A stretch of 63,902 nt of DNA, filler included, from Lama guanicoe (lineage: Eukaryota): the NCBI GenBank assembly GCA_013239625.1. It is 142 parts of 142 records of this genome, joined end to end, with 100 filler letters (N's around TTAATTAATTAA, not from the genome) between each part and the next. Parts side by side here need not be neighbours in the genome. Positions count along the whole stretch, not along the records: positions 50,447 to 50,797 come from PNXV01057663.1; positions 50,898 to 51,249 come from PNXV01057664.1; positions 51,350 to 51,701 come from PNXV01057665.1; positions 51,802 to 52,153 come from PNXV01057666.1; positions 52,254 to 52,605 come from PNXV01057667.1; positions 52,706 to 53,057 come from PNXV01057668.1; positions 53,158 to 53,509 come from PNXV01057669.1; positions 53,610 to 53,961 come from PNXV01057670.1; 134 more parts are not named here. One strand, written 5' to 3'. Both the position numbers and the translations under genes were made by a program. Under the pieces are notes generated by a model. That model was not told where the DNA came from. It was given only the letters and a program-made list of their open reading frames with translations, and ran no database searches. This document shows, piece by piece, positions 50,751-63,838 of this stretch (positions are counted from its first letter, which is position 1; each line of letters begins with the position of its first letter).

Positions 50751-51349
50751 GGGGCCCCGGGAGGTGGAGCGGGCTTGCAGACATTTTTCAGGCTCGCNNN
50801 NNNNNNNNNNNNNNNNNNNNNNNNNNNNNNNNNNNNNNNNNTTAATTAATTAANNNNNNNNNNNNNNNNNNNNNNNNNNNNNNNNNNNNNNNNNNNNAAA
50901 TACAAAGTGCCTGGAGTCCACAGTGTTCTGTGGCCCCTGGTTGTTCGGGGGAGCTGTCCTGTGTGGAGTCATTGCCTCTCTAGCTTAATCCCTAGCCCTC
51001 TGAAATAGGTGTTGAGAGATTCAGCTGCTGTCATCCTGGGTGGACCTCTACTCTCTCATCATCCTTTTTCAAATACAGAGTTTAATAATACACAAAAATT
51101 GACAGAATTATATAACAGAACATTCCCGCCTCTTTGTCAGTCACGTTCCACAATTATCACCTCGTGGCTGAACTTGTTTCTCTACAATCCTACCCACTTA
51201 TCTTTTCCGCTATTATTTAAAGTAAATCTCAGACATCATACTTCATCTGNNNNNNNNNNNNNNNNNNNNNNNNNNNNNNNNNNNNNNNNNNNNTTAATTA
51301 ATTAANNNNNNNNNNNNNNNNNNNNNNNNNNNNNNNNNNNNNNNNNNNN

Positions 51350-51701
51350 TTTTTTTTTTTTAATCTGTAGTATTGACACATCTTAATAATATTAAGGCTT
51401 CTAATCCACAAACATCCCTGTGAACATCTTCTTTAATTTTTTTTTCAGTAATGTAGCTTTCTAGGTTAATTCTTGGGTATTTATTCTTTCTGACGCTACT
51501 GTAATAAAATTGTTTTCTTAATTTCCCCTTTTGGGTTGTTCTTTGTTAGTTCACAAAAATGCAACTGATTTTTGTGTTGCCTTTACATGAGTTTTTTTTT
51601 TGCATGTGTACGTGTGGAAACTTTTGGGGTCTCTCCCCATATAAGATTTTTTTTGCATGTGTATGTGTGGAAACTTTTGGGGTCTCTCCCCATATAAGAT
51701 T
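51350..51701 (-). mobile_element. LINE-1 RT-region fragment containing a 53-bp tandem duplication
   Basis: 'ttattctttctgacgctactgtaa...aatgcaactgatttttgtg' is antisense L1; the duplicated unit has TGCATG at 51601 and 51654. Confidence 0.8.
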
Positions 51702-53609
51702 NNNNNNNNNNNNNNNNNNNNNNNNNNNNNNNNNNNNNNNNNNNNTTAATTAATTAANNNNNNNNNNNNNNNNNNNNNNNNNNNNNNNNNNNNNNNNNNN
51801 NGAGTCACTCAGCTCATGCCTGGAGTGTGTAGGGCTGGCTACCAGCGTTCTAAGAAGTTTAATTACCTATCAGAGGACAGGAAGTCCCACCCCTCCATGT
51901 GCTGGATTTCTCTTAACACTTCTGGTTTTTGGAAGGCAGCTCTCTGTCAGTCTACAGTGACCCATGTCCCTGAGTCTGATGCTCCTCTAGCACCATTTTG
52001 CAGTGTTGGGGACAAGCAGTCGCTAGGATGCATGGAGTAATAAAGCTACCTGGGGGACGTTCCTGTTCCATATTGCGCTTTTTACCGATTTCCCTGATTT
52101 CAGCCCCACACGTAACACACAGGCCTCACGCCCACTCTTCACCTCACCCAGTANNNNNNNNNNNNNNNNNNNNNNNNNNNNNNNNNNNNNNNNNNNNTTA
52201 ATTAATTAANNNNNNNNNNNNNNNNNNNNNNNNNNNNNNNNNNNNNNNNNNNNCAAAAGGAAGTCAAGGAGAAACAGGGAGCTCCATGTGTAACTTGGGT
52301 GGGGCTGAGTGGAAAGGCGGGCGGGGCACAAAGGGAAACTGATGAAGAAGCCTAAGAATTGGTACTCCTGATGGACTTAAAGACTTTCCTGCATAGACGG
52401 AATTTATTTCACTGTTGCTTATGGAGACTGCAGCAGGACTGACAAATTGACCATCCACCCCCATTCCTTACTTCTTCATCTGAAATGATACACAAGCAGT
52501 TTTATTGGGCCTGAATCTTCCATCACTCACTGCATCATAGCAAACATAGCAGCTTCGTTACAGCTCATCACATCAAAATGCCCCACATGCTGCATTCAAA
52601 ATTAANNNNNNNNNNNNNNNNNNNNNNNNNNNNNNNNNNNNNNNNNNNNTTAATTAATTAANNNNNNNNNNNNNNNNNNNNNNNNNNNNNNNNNNNNNNN
52701 NNNNNTTTTGAGTTTCTTAGGCAGGTGAGACTGGAAGGAATTGGGGGAACACATCTATTCCAAGCTGCAGGAACAGCGTGACAAGGCTTTCAGGCAAAAA
52801 CAAGCATTCCACGTGAAGGGGGAGTGAGCAGATTTTCTTGGCTGGAGCCCAGGTGAGGGACAAGGTGGGAGAGAGGACCATCAGCCCTCACGCATTCCCA
52901 CATTCACCACTGGGAAGCTCAGTCTCACTTGGCTGGAATTTTACGAAGAGCCCAGGTTTATTTCAGCCACTTAAGAGACCAGCCGAGGAAGCCCCAATCC
53001 CTGCCCTCAGGGAGACTGATGAAGCTTCAGGAGCCTGGGAGAACCAGCTCCAAACTCNNNNNNNNNNNNNNNNNNNNNNNNNNNNNNNNNNNNNNNNNNN
53101 NTTAATTAATTAANNNNNNNNNNNNNNNNNNNNNNNNNNNNNNNNNNNNNNNNNNNNAGAGAGAAAATTATTATGAATCATAACTAAGCTATTGATCTTG
53201 ACTTCTTTATTATGTGTACCATTTGCCTATCTTGGATTACTACTTAAAACTTTAGTACTTTTCACATTCTTCCTGTGGAGCTATTTTTAAGTTGGGCTAA
53301 AATATTTCATACAGAAATACTTCCTATATGTATTGGAACGACTCTGAAATAAGCACCCACTACAGACTTCCTTTTAACCCTGACATGTGGCATGTGCATC
53401 TGTAGGCTTTCATCGTATTACAGTTATTTCTAGGTAAGTGTCACAGGACACATGTTAGTTACTGACATACTCTAATGTCTTGATGTTGAATTGAATGAAT
53501 GAATAAAAANNNNNNNNNNNNNNNNNNNNNNNNNNNNNNNNNNNNNNNNNNNNTTAATTAATTAANNNNNNNNNNNNNNNNNNNNNNNNNNNNNNNNNNN
53601 NNNNNNNNN

Positions 53610-53750
53610 TCTGACCCTGCACCACGCTGACAGGTGGTAGTTTCTTAAAGATTAGTTGCAGTGTGTGATGTGAGACTGAATCAGGGAACTTTTTGTCTTC
53701 TGTTACATTAAAGTCCCTTGAACTTTGGTGGATGATTTTGTAGCCATGGG
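53610..53750. mobile_element. hAT Charlie1-like fragment
   Basis: 'gacaggtggtagtttcttaaagattagttgcagtgtg...gaactttttgtcttctgttacattaaagtcc' resembles the recalled Charlie1 consensus. Confidence 0.55.
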
Positions 53751-54513
53751 AGCCACTGTCAGCCCAGCGTGCCTGAATCAGACACCGCACGCCCCGTGTC
53801 TTGTGTGATTGGTAGGTGAGCGCATTTGTTCTTGGAAGGATGAAACTTGAGAGTCATGGGCACATCAGGGAGGATCTGACTGTGTTCTAAAGTGAGGGTG
53901 GCAGAGGATCCGTAAGACACCGTGTTCAGAAAATTTTAGTGAAAATTGAAACTAAAAGAAANNNNNNNNNNNNNNNNNNNNNNNNNNNNNNNNNNNNNNN
54001 NNNNNTTAATTAATTAANNNNNNNNNNNNNNNNNNNNNNNNNNNNNNNNNNNNNNNNNNNNTTATTAGAGACACACAGTCTTGTTTTCAGCTCTCAAAAA
54101 ACTGAATTGACTCTATTAAACATGTACCCTTAGAAAAGAGTAAAATGTTGCAACGTGTAAAAGTAAAATTTTCAATGATGTTTCTAAGAAGCAAGCAATC
54201 TGAGTGGACTACAGACAAGGAGGAAGGCTTTGAAGGCTGTCCAGTGTGAACTGCTGTGTGTCTGCATGGATCGATGGGGGTCCAGACAGACAAAGGGCAG
54301 GACAGAAGGCGCTGTGTGCTGGGTGGACAGTGTGACACAGTGGCCAGTCAGCAGGACGCCGTGGGGGGAAGAGGCCACCAGAGATGAGGACAAGACTGTT
54401 TTGAGAAGAGGAGNNNNNNNNNNNNNNNNNNNNNNNNNNNNNNNNNNNNNNNNNNNNTTAATTAATTAANNNNNNNNNNNNNNNNNNNNNNNNNNNNNNN
54501 NNNNNNNNNNNNN

Positions 54514-54864
54514 CATAATATTTCAGTCATACATAGACATACATATATTCATTTTCATATTCTTTTTTCATTATAGGTTACTACATGATATTGAATAAAG
54601 TTCCCTGTGCTATACGGAAGAAACTTATTGTTTATCTACTTTGTATATAGTAGTTTAAATATCAAACTCCCAATTTATCCCTTCCTATCCCCTTTCCCTG
54701 CTAGGTACCTTAAGTTTACTATGCCTGTAAATCTGTTTCTGTTTTATACATATGTTCATTTGTTTTTTCTTTGTCTTTTGTTTTTTTTTAGGATTTCACA
54801 TATGAGTGATATATAATATTTTTCTTTCTCTTTCTGACTTACTTCACTTAGAATGACAATCTCC
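54514..54864 (-). mobile_element. Lineage-specific LINE-1 3' UTR / ORF2 end
   Basis: 'cagtcatacatagacatacatatattcattttcatattc...cacatatgagtgatat...ctgacttacttcacttagaatgacaatctcc'. Confidence 0.88.
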
Positions 54865-56537
54865 NNNNNNNNNNNNNNNNNNNNNNNNNNNNNNNNNNNN
54901 NNNNNNNNTTAATTAATTAANNNNNNNNNNNNNNNNNNNNNNNNNNNNNNNNNNNNNNNNNNNNTCCAGGGAAGGCCCCTGTCTTCTCTGAGACCCTTTC
55001 TTACAGCACAAGTTTGTAAGGTAGAAGTTTGTGAGATATAGAAAGTAAGGACCTATGTACTAGAGAGTCTAAATATAAACACCAACATAAGGAGTCATCT
55101 TAGAAATCCTACTAAAGCTACTACATCAGTATTCCTAAATTATTTTTTCAATATTGCCCCCCGCAAGGAGACTTTTATAGACATATATAAATACCACAGA
55201 TATATCACATTTCTGTTATGTTCTGTATGTATACCTGTGCTTTACACTTGAAAAGTATTAGTTCTTTTTTTAACCCCCTCTCCTCTCAAGAACCAGTTTT
55301 CACCCCCTCAGGGCTGNNNNNNNNNNNNNNNNNNNNNNNNNNNNNNNNNNNNNNNNNNNNTTAATTAATTAANNNNNNNNNNNNNNNNNNNNNNNNNNNN
55401 NNNNNNNNNNNNNNNNTATCTATCTATCTGCCAGGCACTGGCTGCTGGACTTCCCCTTGAGGGGTGACAAACATTTTACCTCCTCCAAAGAACAAGACAG
55501 AAAAATTTGAAAATAAACTTACGAGGTAGGCAAACAAGGACTAGGCCACAGGGTCTTATTGCCTATTAGCTCTGAAGATCTCCTTCTTCAATCTAAAATC
55601 CAGTCTAAAATTCCCATCACTGAGTTAACCAGCTGAGAGCCCTGTTTCACTGCCAAGATTGTAACTAAAATTATACTGCAGATTGAGTCTCGGGGACAAG
55701 GCTTAAGAATGACACTATCTTCCTTCACTGATATTAATAGGTATGTTTTCCTCAAAAACAAAAAAAAANNNNNNNNNNNNNNNNNNNNNNNNNNNNNNNN
55801 NNNNNNNNNNNNTTAATTAATTAANNNNNNNNNNNNNNNNNNNNNNNNNNNNNNNNNNNNNNNNNNNNGAACAGAGGAAAACTGTGAAGGAGGGACAGCG
55901 GCTGAGAGGAAGCACCCGAGAACGTCGTGTGCACACCCACAGTCACAATCCGAGTGGTTTCTGGGGACACCGCTGCACTTCAGCACCACAGACCCTGGTC
56001 TCACCTGCCTGCCTAGGTGGCATCTATCTTAACAGAATGAGACACGCTGTAGATGTGGTGACTCTCGCCCTCCCCCCAGGCTGCACACCAGTGTTCTCCT
56101 GGGGCAAGGCCAGGTATGGGTTGACCCCGGGACCCACAGAACAAGACTGGGTAGGTCTGCTTGGCCCAGCGCCACCCCAACCCAGGTGCCCTGCACACCT
56201 CAGGGTAGAAACGAGCAGCCNNNNNNNNNNNNNNNNNNNNNNNNNNNNNNNNNNNNNNNNNNNNTTAATTAATTAANNNNNNNNNNNNNNNNNNNNNNNN
56301 NNNNNNNNNNNNNNNNNNNNTAACAATAATATGATAGCACAAAGGGCCAGGAGAGCCCAAACAATATGTGTTAAAATTTACTGAGAGGAAAAACATTTTT
56401 TTCATCACATTAGAAAAAAAAAAACTTGAGATCATACAGTAATGTATAAGTCTTAATTTTATCTAACACATTATAGTGAAAAACTACAATTACCTTTATT
56501 ACTGCTTCTGTATCTGAAATAAACATGAAAGAGAAGA

Positions 56538-56652
56538 GGGGGAGGGTATAGCTCAAGTGGTAGAGCGCCTGCTTAACATATATGAGGTCCTGGGTTTAAT
56601 TCCCAGTACCTCTTCCAAATAGAAATAAACAAATGAACCTCCCCTCCCAAAA
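56538..56652 (+). mobile_element. tRNA-derived SINE, vic-1 type (near full length)
   Basis: GGGGGAGGGTATAGCTCAAGTGGTAGAGCGCCTGCTTAACATATATGAGGTCCTGGGTTTAATTCCCAGTACCTC, then AAATAAAC...ACCTCCCCTCCCAAAA. Confidence 0.88.
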
Positions 56653-59600
56653 GAAAGTTTAAAAAAACTTAGNNNNNNNNNNNNNNNNNNNNNNNNNNNN
56701 NNNNNNNNNNNNNNNNTTAATTAATTAANNNNNNNNNNNNNNNNNNNNNNNNNNNNNNNNNNNNNNNNNNNNCTCCCTACCCTCATGTGTGTCCCCCAAA
56801 GGTCCCCAAGTGCAGAGCCAGGATGCCTGGGTTCTGTTGGACCACACTGGCCTCATCCCCATGGTCCTTCCTGCCTGGGGGTCCCCCAGTGTTTTGTCAT
56901 TGCCCCTCTGACCCTTTTTTGTGGCATCAGCGGTCCATTAACATAATAGGAAAGACCTGGAGTTCTCACCAGTGAGAAGATGGTTCTCACGGCCGCTTCC
57001 TGGGGACAGCAGCCTTGTCTGTCCTGCTAGAGATTCAGGGGCACCCACCCATATTTGCGGAAGGTTTAAGCACAGATTGAAAGAAAGGACAAAACTGACC
57101 AGTGATACTGCTGACCTATTCCCTNNNNNNNNNNNNNNNNNNNNNNNNNNNNNNNNNNNNNNNNNNNNTTAATTAATTAANNNNNNNNNNNNNNNNNNNN
57201 NNNNNNNNNNNNNNNNNNNNNNNNGTGCTAGGGCTGCCACGTTCCCCTGGGAGTCAGGCACAGATGGTCTGCTTAACTTTTGCTCAGGTATCCCGACGTG
57301 CAGCCAGGACTGCCATCTGTATGTCTGATTTGTCTTGTGAGCTTCTGCCTCCCTAAATGAGGATGTTTTCCCGTTCAATTGTGTAATTTCTATCTAGAAA
57401 ATAACTTTTCAAAAGGTAATACCAAATGTGTTCAGCTGGTTAATTTTATTTCAAATTTGAGTGTCTGTTTCTGTGATATTTACAGAATTGGGGCACTGTT
57501 TACTGTCTTCTATTTAGGTATTACTAGAATTAAGGCATTTATGTACACATATATATATTCTTAACGTTTCATCGTTNNNNNNNNNNNNNNNNNNNNNNNN
57601 NNNNNNNNNNNNNNNNNNNNTTAATTAATTAANNNNNNNNNNNNNNNNNNNNNNNNNNNNNNNNNNNNNNNNNNNNATTTGTTTGAGGCACAGGATGCAC
57701 AACAACTCTGTGGTTGCCTCCGTGTACCCGTGCCACAAGGATGAGAGGACAAGGAAGAGTGGTCCAAACCCACCGCGTGAGATGATGAAGTATTTCATCC
57801 AGCATTATCTCCCAAAAGCAGATGCTAAGTTTTCAATGGCACAGGCACGGTATTGCACCGAGGACACCAAGATAAGTCTGCGGGATCTTTCCAGCAGGAC
57901 CTGATGTGTGACATCCATACATATGATTCCACAATTGTTTCTGTAGACAGCGAAGTACTGGGAAGAACTGGTTTCATAGGGGCATTCCCGTGGCATTATA
58001 AAGCACAAGCGCACTCTCAGTTTGCTGNNNNNNNNNNNNNNNNNNNNNNNNNNNNNNNNNNNNNNNNNNNNTTAATTAATTAANNNNNNNNNNNNNNNNN
58101 NNNNNNNNNNNNNNNNNNNNNNNNNNNATCACTTTATTTGTTATGAAGATGTTTAATAGGTGTAAATTGGACTGATGCTTTTGGAGCAGCACCCCTGATT
58201 CATTCAGAAAATTCTTCTGATGCTTTTTATCCTTAAATGTGCAGCCATTTCGCCTTCAATCTAGTCTTTGGCAGTAGAGACAGGTCCACACTTTAACATT
58301 TATACACTGACAGCAACATTCTGTTATAAACTGTATTTACATGAGCTTCAGTTTTCTGTTATCTTAAGTCTAAGTCACGTATGAATTTTACTTTTTCTTT
58401 TCATGTTCTTTTTTCCCTTGTGGGTATTATAATGAAAGATGAAAATAAAATTAAGATTGTAGATTAAATCCATATTTTTNNNNNNNNNNNNNNNNNNNNN
58501 NNNNNNNNNNNNNNNNNNNNNNNTTAATTAATTAANNNNNNNNNNNNNNNNNNNNNNNNNNNNNNNNNNNNNNNNNNNNGCCTGGCCCCTGCCAGCCCCC
58601 CACGCCCACCTATCCCCAAATGACCTCACAGGCCATCCAGCTCCACAAGCATCCTGCGAGGGCCAGATCACACTCCTCCAGCTCTGGCACTTTCCCTAAC
58701 CACGCCCACTCCTCCTTCCAAATCCATATGGCCCTCACAGAACACATGGCCAAAGGTAACACTTCAATAAACACTTTGTTCAAAGGAATTTAGAACAGTT
58801 CTGTTGCTTTGTCTAAAAATGCCAACAGACCCGAGATTAACCTACAGACACATTCCTGGGGATGAGGGGAACATGGCACTACTTGTATGGTCCTTACAGG
58901 TTAAGGTACAAATCTGGAATGTTCTTCTGGTNNNNNNNNNNNNNNNNNNNNNNNNNNNNNNNNNNNNNNNNNNNNTTAATTAATTAANNNNNNNNNNNNN
59001 NNNNNNNNNNNNNNNNNNNNNNNNNNNNNNNCTGCCCTTTTGACCCAAAAATAGGCTTATTGGAGACTGTGGGACCACGGTACCTGCAATTCTTGAAGAA
59101 ATCTCATTCTGACAACAGCAAATGTCTTACCAACTACCACTCTAAACCAAGGGCACCAAGCGGGCACAGATAAGCAGAATGTAGACTTAAATTTGTGCAG
59201 GGAATTTCAGAAGTTAGAGGAAATAGGCTCCTTCGGAAACTCTAAACATAGACTGTGGAGGACCTTGATACTAAACATATTCTGTCAGGACTCACGTAGC
59301 AGCCAGAAATCCAGATCGATTTCCCAGGAAGTCACCCCGCCTGTCTGCAGGGAGTGCTGGAGAGAGAAGGGTATGATTTTGTCNNNNNNNNNNNNNNNNN
59401 NNNNNNNNNNNNNNNNNNNNNNNNNNNTTAATTAATTAANNNNNNNNNNNNNNNNNNNNNNNNNNNNNNNNNNNNNNNNNNNNACATGTGTTCCCTGGGG
59501 ATGTGCACCAAGATCATCTTATCTTTGGAAGAGCTTTGTAACTGCCAAACAAGGGGAAATTAAATAGCAGTTACTCTAAGGAATTATTGCAGCAGCTTAG

Positions 59601-62195
59601 TCTTTGTATCCTGTTCATCCTGTTATTTTTGACCTACAAATGACACATGATCTTTAATTTCAATTGATTTGAATTCATGTCAGTCACATTGCTCCTTGAT
59701 AGTATGACAAATAATAAAGGAACCATCCTACACAAACATGAGGTTTTTACCCTCAAATATTGCTAAGCCCTCCTATTTAGATGACTCTGGTCTTTCTTCT
59801 CAAATTTTTCCAGGTTTCTGGAATCTGTATCCCATNNNNNNNNNNNNNNNNNNNNNNNNNNNNNNNNNNNNNNNNNNNNTTAATTAATTAANNNNNNNNN
59901 NNNNNNNNNNNNNNNNNNNNNNNNNNNNNNNNNNNTATTTCTTCATTCAAAACTTTAAGTGATGATCAGAGACTAAGGCCAGCCCCTAACCTTGCCAAGA
60001 TATTGGAATATCATCACAGTGTCGAAGCTCCAGTGGCAATAATGTGGCAATAGAAGAATGCATCCACGGAGGGCAAACAGAAAACCACAGATGTTCCCTT
60101 AACTTCACACTTGCTCGGGAACACTGAGCTTCCCTGTCCCGTCACCCAACACACAGGCAGGGGCAGGTGGAGAGATAGATGGGCTCACCAAATACTTAAC
60201 CTTCCTGTTTTGTTATTGAAGAGAAGAGTTTATAAATTGCCATTATCTCATTGAGAATATACTGTTGTCTTGCTCAATGAGTTCTTANNNNNNNNNNNNN
60301 NNNNNNNNNNNNNNNNNNNNNNNNNNNNNNNTTAATTAATTAANNNNNNNNNNNNNNNNNNNNNNNNNNNNNNNNNNNNNNNNNNNNAAGCAGAGTTCAA
60401 GAAAATCACACACATGTACAGACTGGTGTCCCTGAAACGTGCTGTCACCTTCAACACTAACTAGGCCCGCGGTGTTTCCAGGAGAGTATTCTTGTTCTCT
60501 GTAGTTCTCGCTCACTGTCAGTTCCTACAGCGACTGTTCCAAACTTCTCATGCTGCTCCGGCTTCCTAACCCACAACCTCCTCTATTCACTCTCTTGGGA
60601 GGCCCTTAATTCCTGTTTATAAGAACAACAACAACAAAAGATTCCATTGAAAGCTCATAGATATTCCCAGTTTCTGCCTTCACATCCTGAAACCCAAACA
60701 ATTCTTTCCCCGTTCATTCCAGTAAAATTTGACATAACTNNNNNNNNNNNNNNNNNNNNNNNNNNNNNNNNNNNNNNNNNNNNTTAATTAATTAANNNNN
60801 NNNNNNNNNNNNNNNNNNNNNNNNNNNNNNNNNNNNNNNAGGTTCTCTCTTGTAGCCTTGGGTCTAGTTCTTTTTCCATTATGATACTATTCAACTCTAT
60901 ATTTATAAATATGTACTCTGAGAAGAATAGCAGAATTTAAACCAAAATATTTAATAATTTATCAGAATATGTTTCAGGCCATAGTTTTATCTTTGTTTAA
61001 TAAAATATTTATTTCTGGGGTTCAAAATATATATTTAACAATAATAAATCTTACCTGTGAAAGAAGAGTGGTTCCCAAAGACAGCATGGTGGGGAAGAAC
61101 CAGAGGAGTTTATAGCAGAATCGTCATAGAGGGACCAGCTCTCTGTGGTGCAATTATTTCTAGCAGACAGTCGTTCAGACTATAAACAACCNNNNNNNNN
61201 NNNNNNNNNNNNNNNNNNNNNNNNNNNNNNNNNNNTTAATTAATTAANNNNNNNNNNNNNNNNNNNNNNNNNNNNNNNNNNNNNNNNNNNNTGGAGGTTT
61301 GCCTGAAGTCACACCTCCAGCTGACTTCTCACAAAGTTGGTTCTCATCTGCCTCCCCACCTCCACTGCCAGGAGTGTGCTTGTGTGACCTTGGGGAAATT
61401 CCTCTCCTGGCTCCAGACTCAGTTTCCCCACGTATACAAAGAAGGGAGCCCTCATTAGACTACTCCTTCTTCCCAAGGGCTCTCAACAGGTAGGGGAGAA
61501 ATTCCTGCTGTGTGTGCGCGCGCACGCACAGACTCACACAGGCTGGTGTGCGGGCAGGGGAGGGGGTGGCCTCTCCGTGGGAAGGGCGCCTGTTGGGACA
61601 GGCACCTCTCCTGGCTTGTTGGGGGAGGGAGGGGCAGGCAGGCNNNNNNNNNNNNNNNNNNNNNNNNNNNNNNNNNNNNNNNNNNNNTTAATTAATTAAN
61701 NNNNNNNNNNNNNNNNNNNNNNNNNNNNNNNNNNNNNNNNNNNATCTACATCTTAAGTTTTTGTCCCAGATTAAGTTACTTGATTGCAAAGCACTTCACA
61801 GATTACTTCCCTTCCTGTATTAGTCTTCCACAATTCCTGTAACAGAATCTTAGGTATAATAATAGCTTGGTTTTTGGTATTACAGATGGGTGATTAAATA
61901 CATCCTTTACCTTAGATAGTGGCCATACTTTATGTGTTAATTGATTATTAGAGACACATTGAGTAACTTAATATTTATCAACTTTCTTCCTGAAATTCTT
62001 CTTTTGAAAGAACTTTCAACAAAAATCATGGAAAACATTTTTGATGTGTTATTTTTGATGTGTTGTGTTCCTGTCAATTTTGGAAAGTAAGATATNNNNN
62101 NNNNNNNNNNNNNNNNNNNNNNNNNNNNNNNNNNNNNNNTTAATTAATTAANNNNNNNNNNNNNNNNNNNNNNNNNNNNNNNNNNNNNNNNNNNN

Positions 62196-62268
62196 ACTGG
62201 GGATTGAATCCAGGACCTCATGCACGCTAAGCATGTGCTCTACCATTTGAGCTATATCTTCCTCCCCC
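62196..62268 (-). mobile_element. tRNA-derived SINE, vic-1 type (5' head)
   Basis: Minus strand: GGGGGAGGAAGATATAGCTCAAATGGTAGAGCACATGCTTAGCGTGCATGAGGTCCTGGATTCAATCCCCAGT. Confidence 0.88.
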
Positions 62269-62647
62269 AAAACTCAGTTTTAAATACATTCCTTGAGAAT
62301 AAAAGCACACTCCATATCCTACACTGTTTATAAAGTTAGTAATTCCTAATGACACACAAAAAGATTACAACATGATTCAACAGAGAACAAGGTAAAGACC
62401 CATTTAGCGTACATCATTATAACAAACCTGATCGGTTTTGGCTTCAGTTTATTTAAAAAGTATGGAGCTACTGCTCTGGCTCAATGTAAGATTTTGCTTC
62501 TTAGAGTGAAACTCAATGAAGCAAAGCTAATCAACTCATTTTTTTTTNNNNNNNNNNNNNNNNNNNNNNNNNNNNNNNNNNNNNNNNNNNNTTAATTAAT
62601 TAANNNNNNNNNNNNNNNNNNNNNNNNNNNNNNNNNNNNNNNNNNNN

Positions 62648-62930
62648 CATTTTTTAAAATGATGAAATGCCATTCACAAAAACTAAAAATTTCTCCTCTT
62701 AGAAAGACACTATTAAGAATATGACTAGCCATAAACTGGGAGAAAATAATTTTGAATCACATATCTGACAAAAGTCTTGTACCCAGACTATATAAAGAAT
62801 TATCAAAACTCAGTAACACATATTTCACCAAGGAAGATAAACAGATAGCAACACACAAATGATTTTCCACATAATTAGCTTGAGATATATGAAAATTACA
62901 ATCATAAAGGGAAAACACTACATACTTACT
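62648..62930 (+). mobile_element. Old LINE-1 ORF2 fragment
   Basis: 'aaagacactattaagaa...actgggagaaaata...atatctgacaaaagtcttgtacccagactatataaagaa'. Confidence 0.85.
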
Positions 62931-63425
62931 AGCCAACATTATTAATAGTGAATAATTGGGAAATTATATGATATGATAAATTAAGATATGTTTAAATTTN
63001 NNNNNNNNNNNNNNNNNNNNNNNNNNNNNNNNNNNNNNNNNNNTTAATTAATTAANNNNNNNNNNNNNNNNNNNNNNNNNNNNNNNNNNNNNNNNNNNNG
63101 GTCTCTTCTGTAACTGCATAGACTAGAGATACACTGGTCAATGATTTGTCCAATGAAATATTAGATAGTTTTCTCTAGAAAATTTGAACCAAGAGACATA
63201 GAGTGTGTAATGAGTTAGGGTATGTGTAAGGCAACAATGATACATTGAGGATCTTCAAACTGTATCTGTTTTGTTTGGCCCACAGAGTGTTTTTGAAACT
63301 ATTTGAACCAAAGGTGAAAAATCAAAAAGGGAGCATGCATGGGGAAGGCAAGGGAAAAAAATCATAAAAAGTTGTCCATGATAAAAAGTAGCATGTATAA
63401 TAGTTCACTTAGGTATAATTATGCT

Positions 63426-63450
63426 TGTGTGTGTGTGTGTGTGTGTGTGT
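63426..63450 (+). repeat. (TG)n microsatellite at contig end
   Basis: Directly visible. Confidence 0.95.
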
Positions 63451-63554
63451 NNNNNNNNNNNNNNNNNNNNNNNNNNNNNNNNNNNNNNNNNNNNTTAATT
63501 AATTAANNNNNNNNNNNNNNNNNNNNNNNNNNNNNNNNNNNNNNNNNNNNTTTT

Positions 63555-63838
63555 GATGCCTCTCCCCGTTGCACGCACACGGCCACCTTCTGGCTTGATC
63601 CTCACAGGGTCTGCTTTCTGTACACAAGCATCCTTGGTATTTCTCTGTGTGTCTAAATTTCCGATTTTTGTGTTTGTAAAGACACCACTCCGATTGGATT
63701 AGGGCTCATCCTAACCACTTCATTTTAAGTCAGTTACCATTGTAAAGGCTCTGTCCCCAGATGCAGTCACCTCCCAAGTCACTGGAGGTTAGGGCTTTGA
63801 CATGAGGATTTTGGAGGGTTACAATTGAGGCTGTAGCA
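63555..63838 (-). mobile_element. MaLR LTR (MLT1A-like)
   Basis: 'ggccaccttct...tcctcacagggtc...gattggattagggctcatcctaa...ggttagggctttgacatgaggattttggagg' is antisense MLT1A text. Confidence 0.8.

Noticed and set aside
57677..58027. Overlapping ORFs suggesting non-mammalian contamination
   Set aside because: No recognisable protein; it contains L2-like text ('caggcacggtattgcaccgaggacaccaagataag') consistent with host DNA.
402..61699. Many predicted ORFs ending in XXXX, XXXN or XXXLIN
   Set aside because: They run through Ns into the linker; the shared 'LIN' ending is just TTA ATT AAT.
350..63550. CRISPR-like, integron-cassette-like or nanochromosome-like array (invariant palindromic repeat with unique, equal-length spacers)
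   Set aside because: The repeat sits inside fixed N44 padding, is a six-frame-stop linker, the inserts are length-sorted mammalian DNA, and there are no cas or integrase genes. It is an assembly construct.
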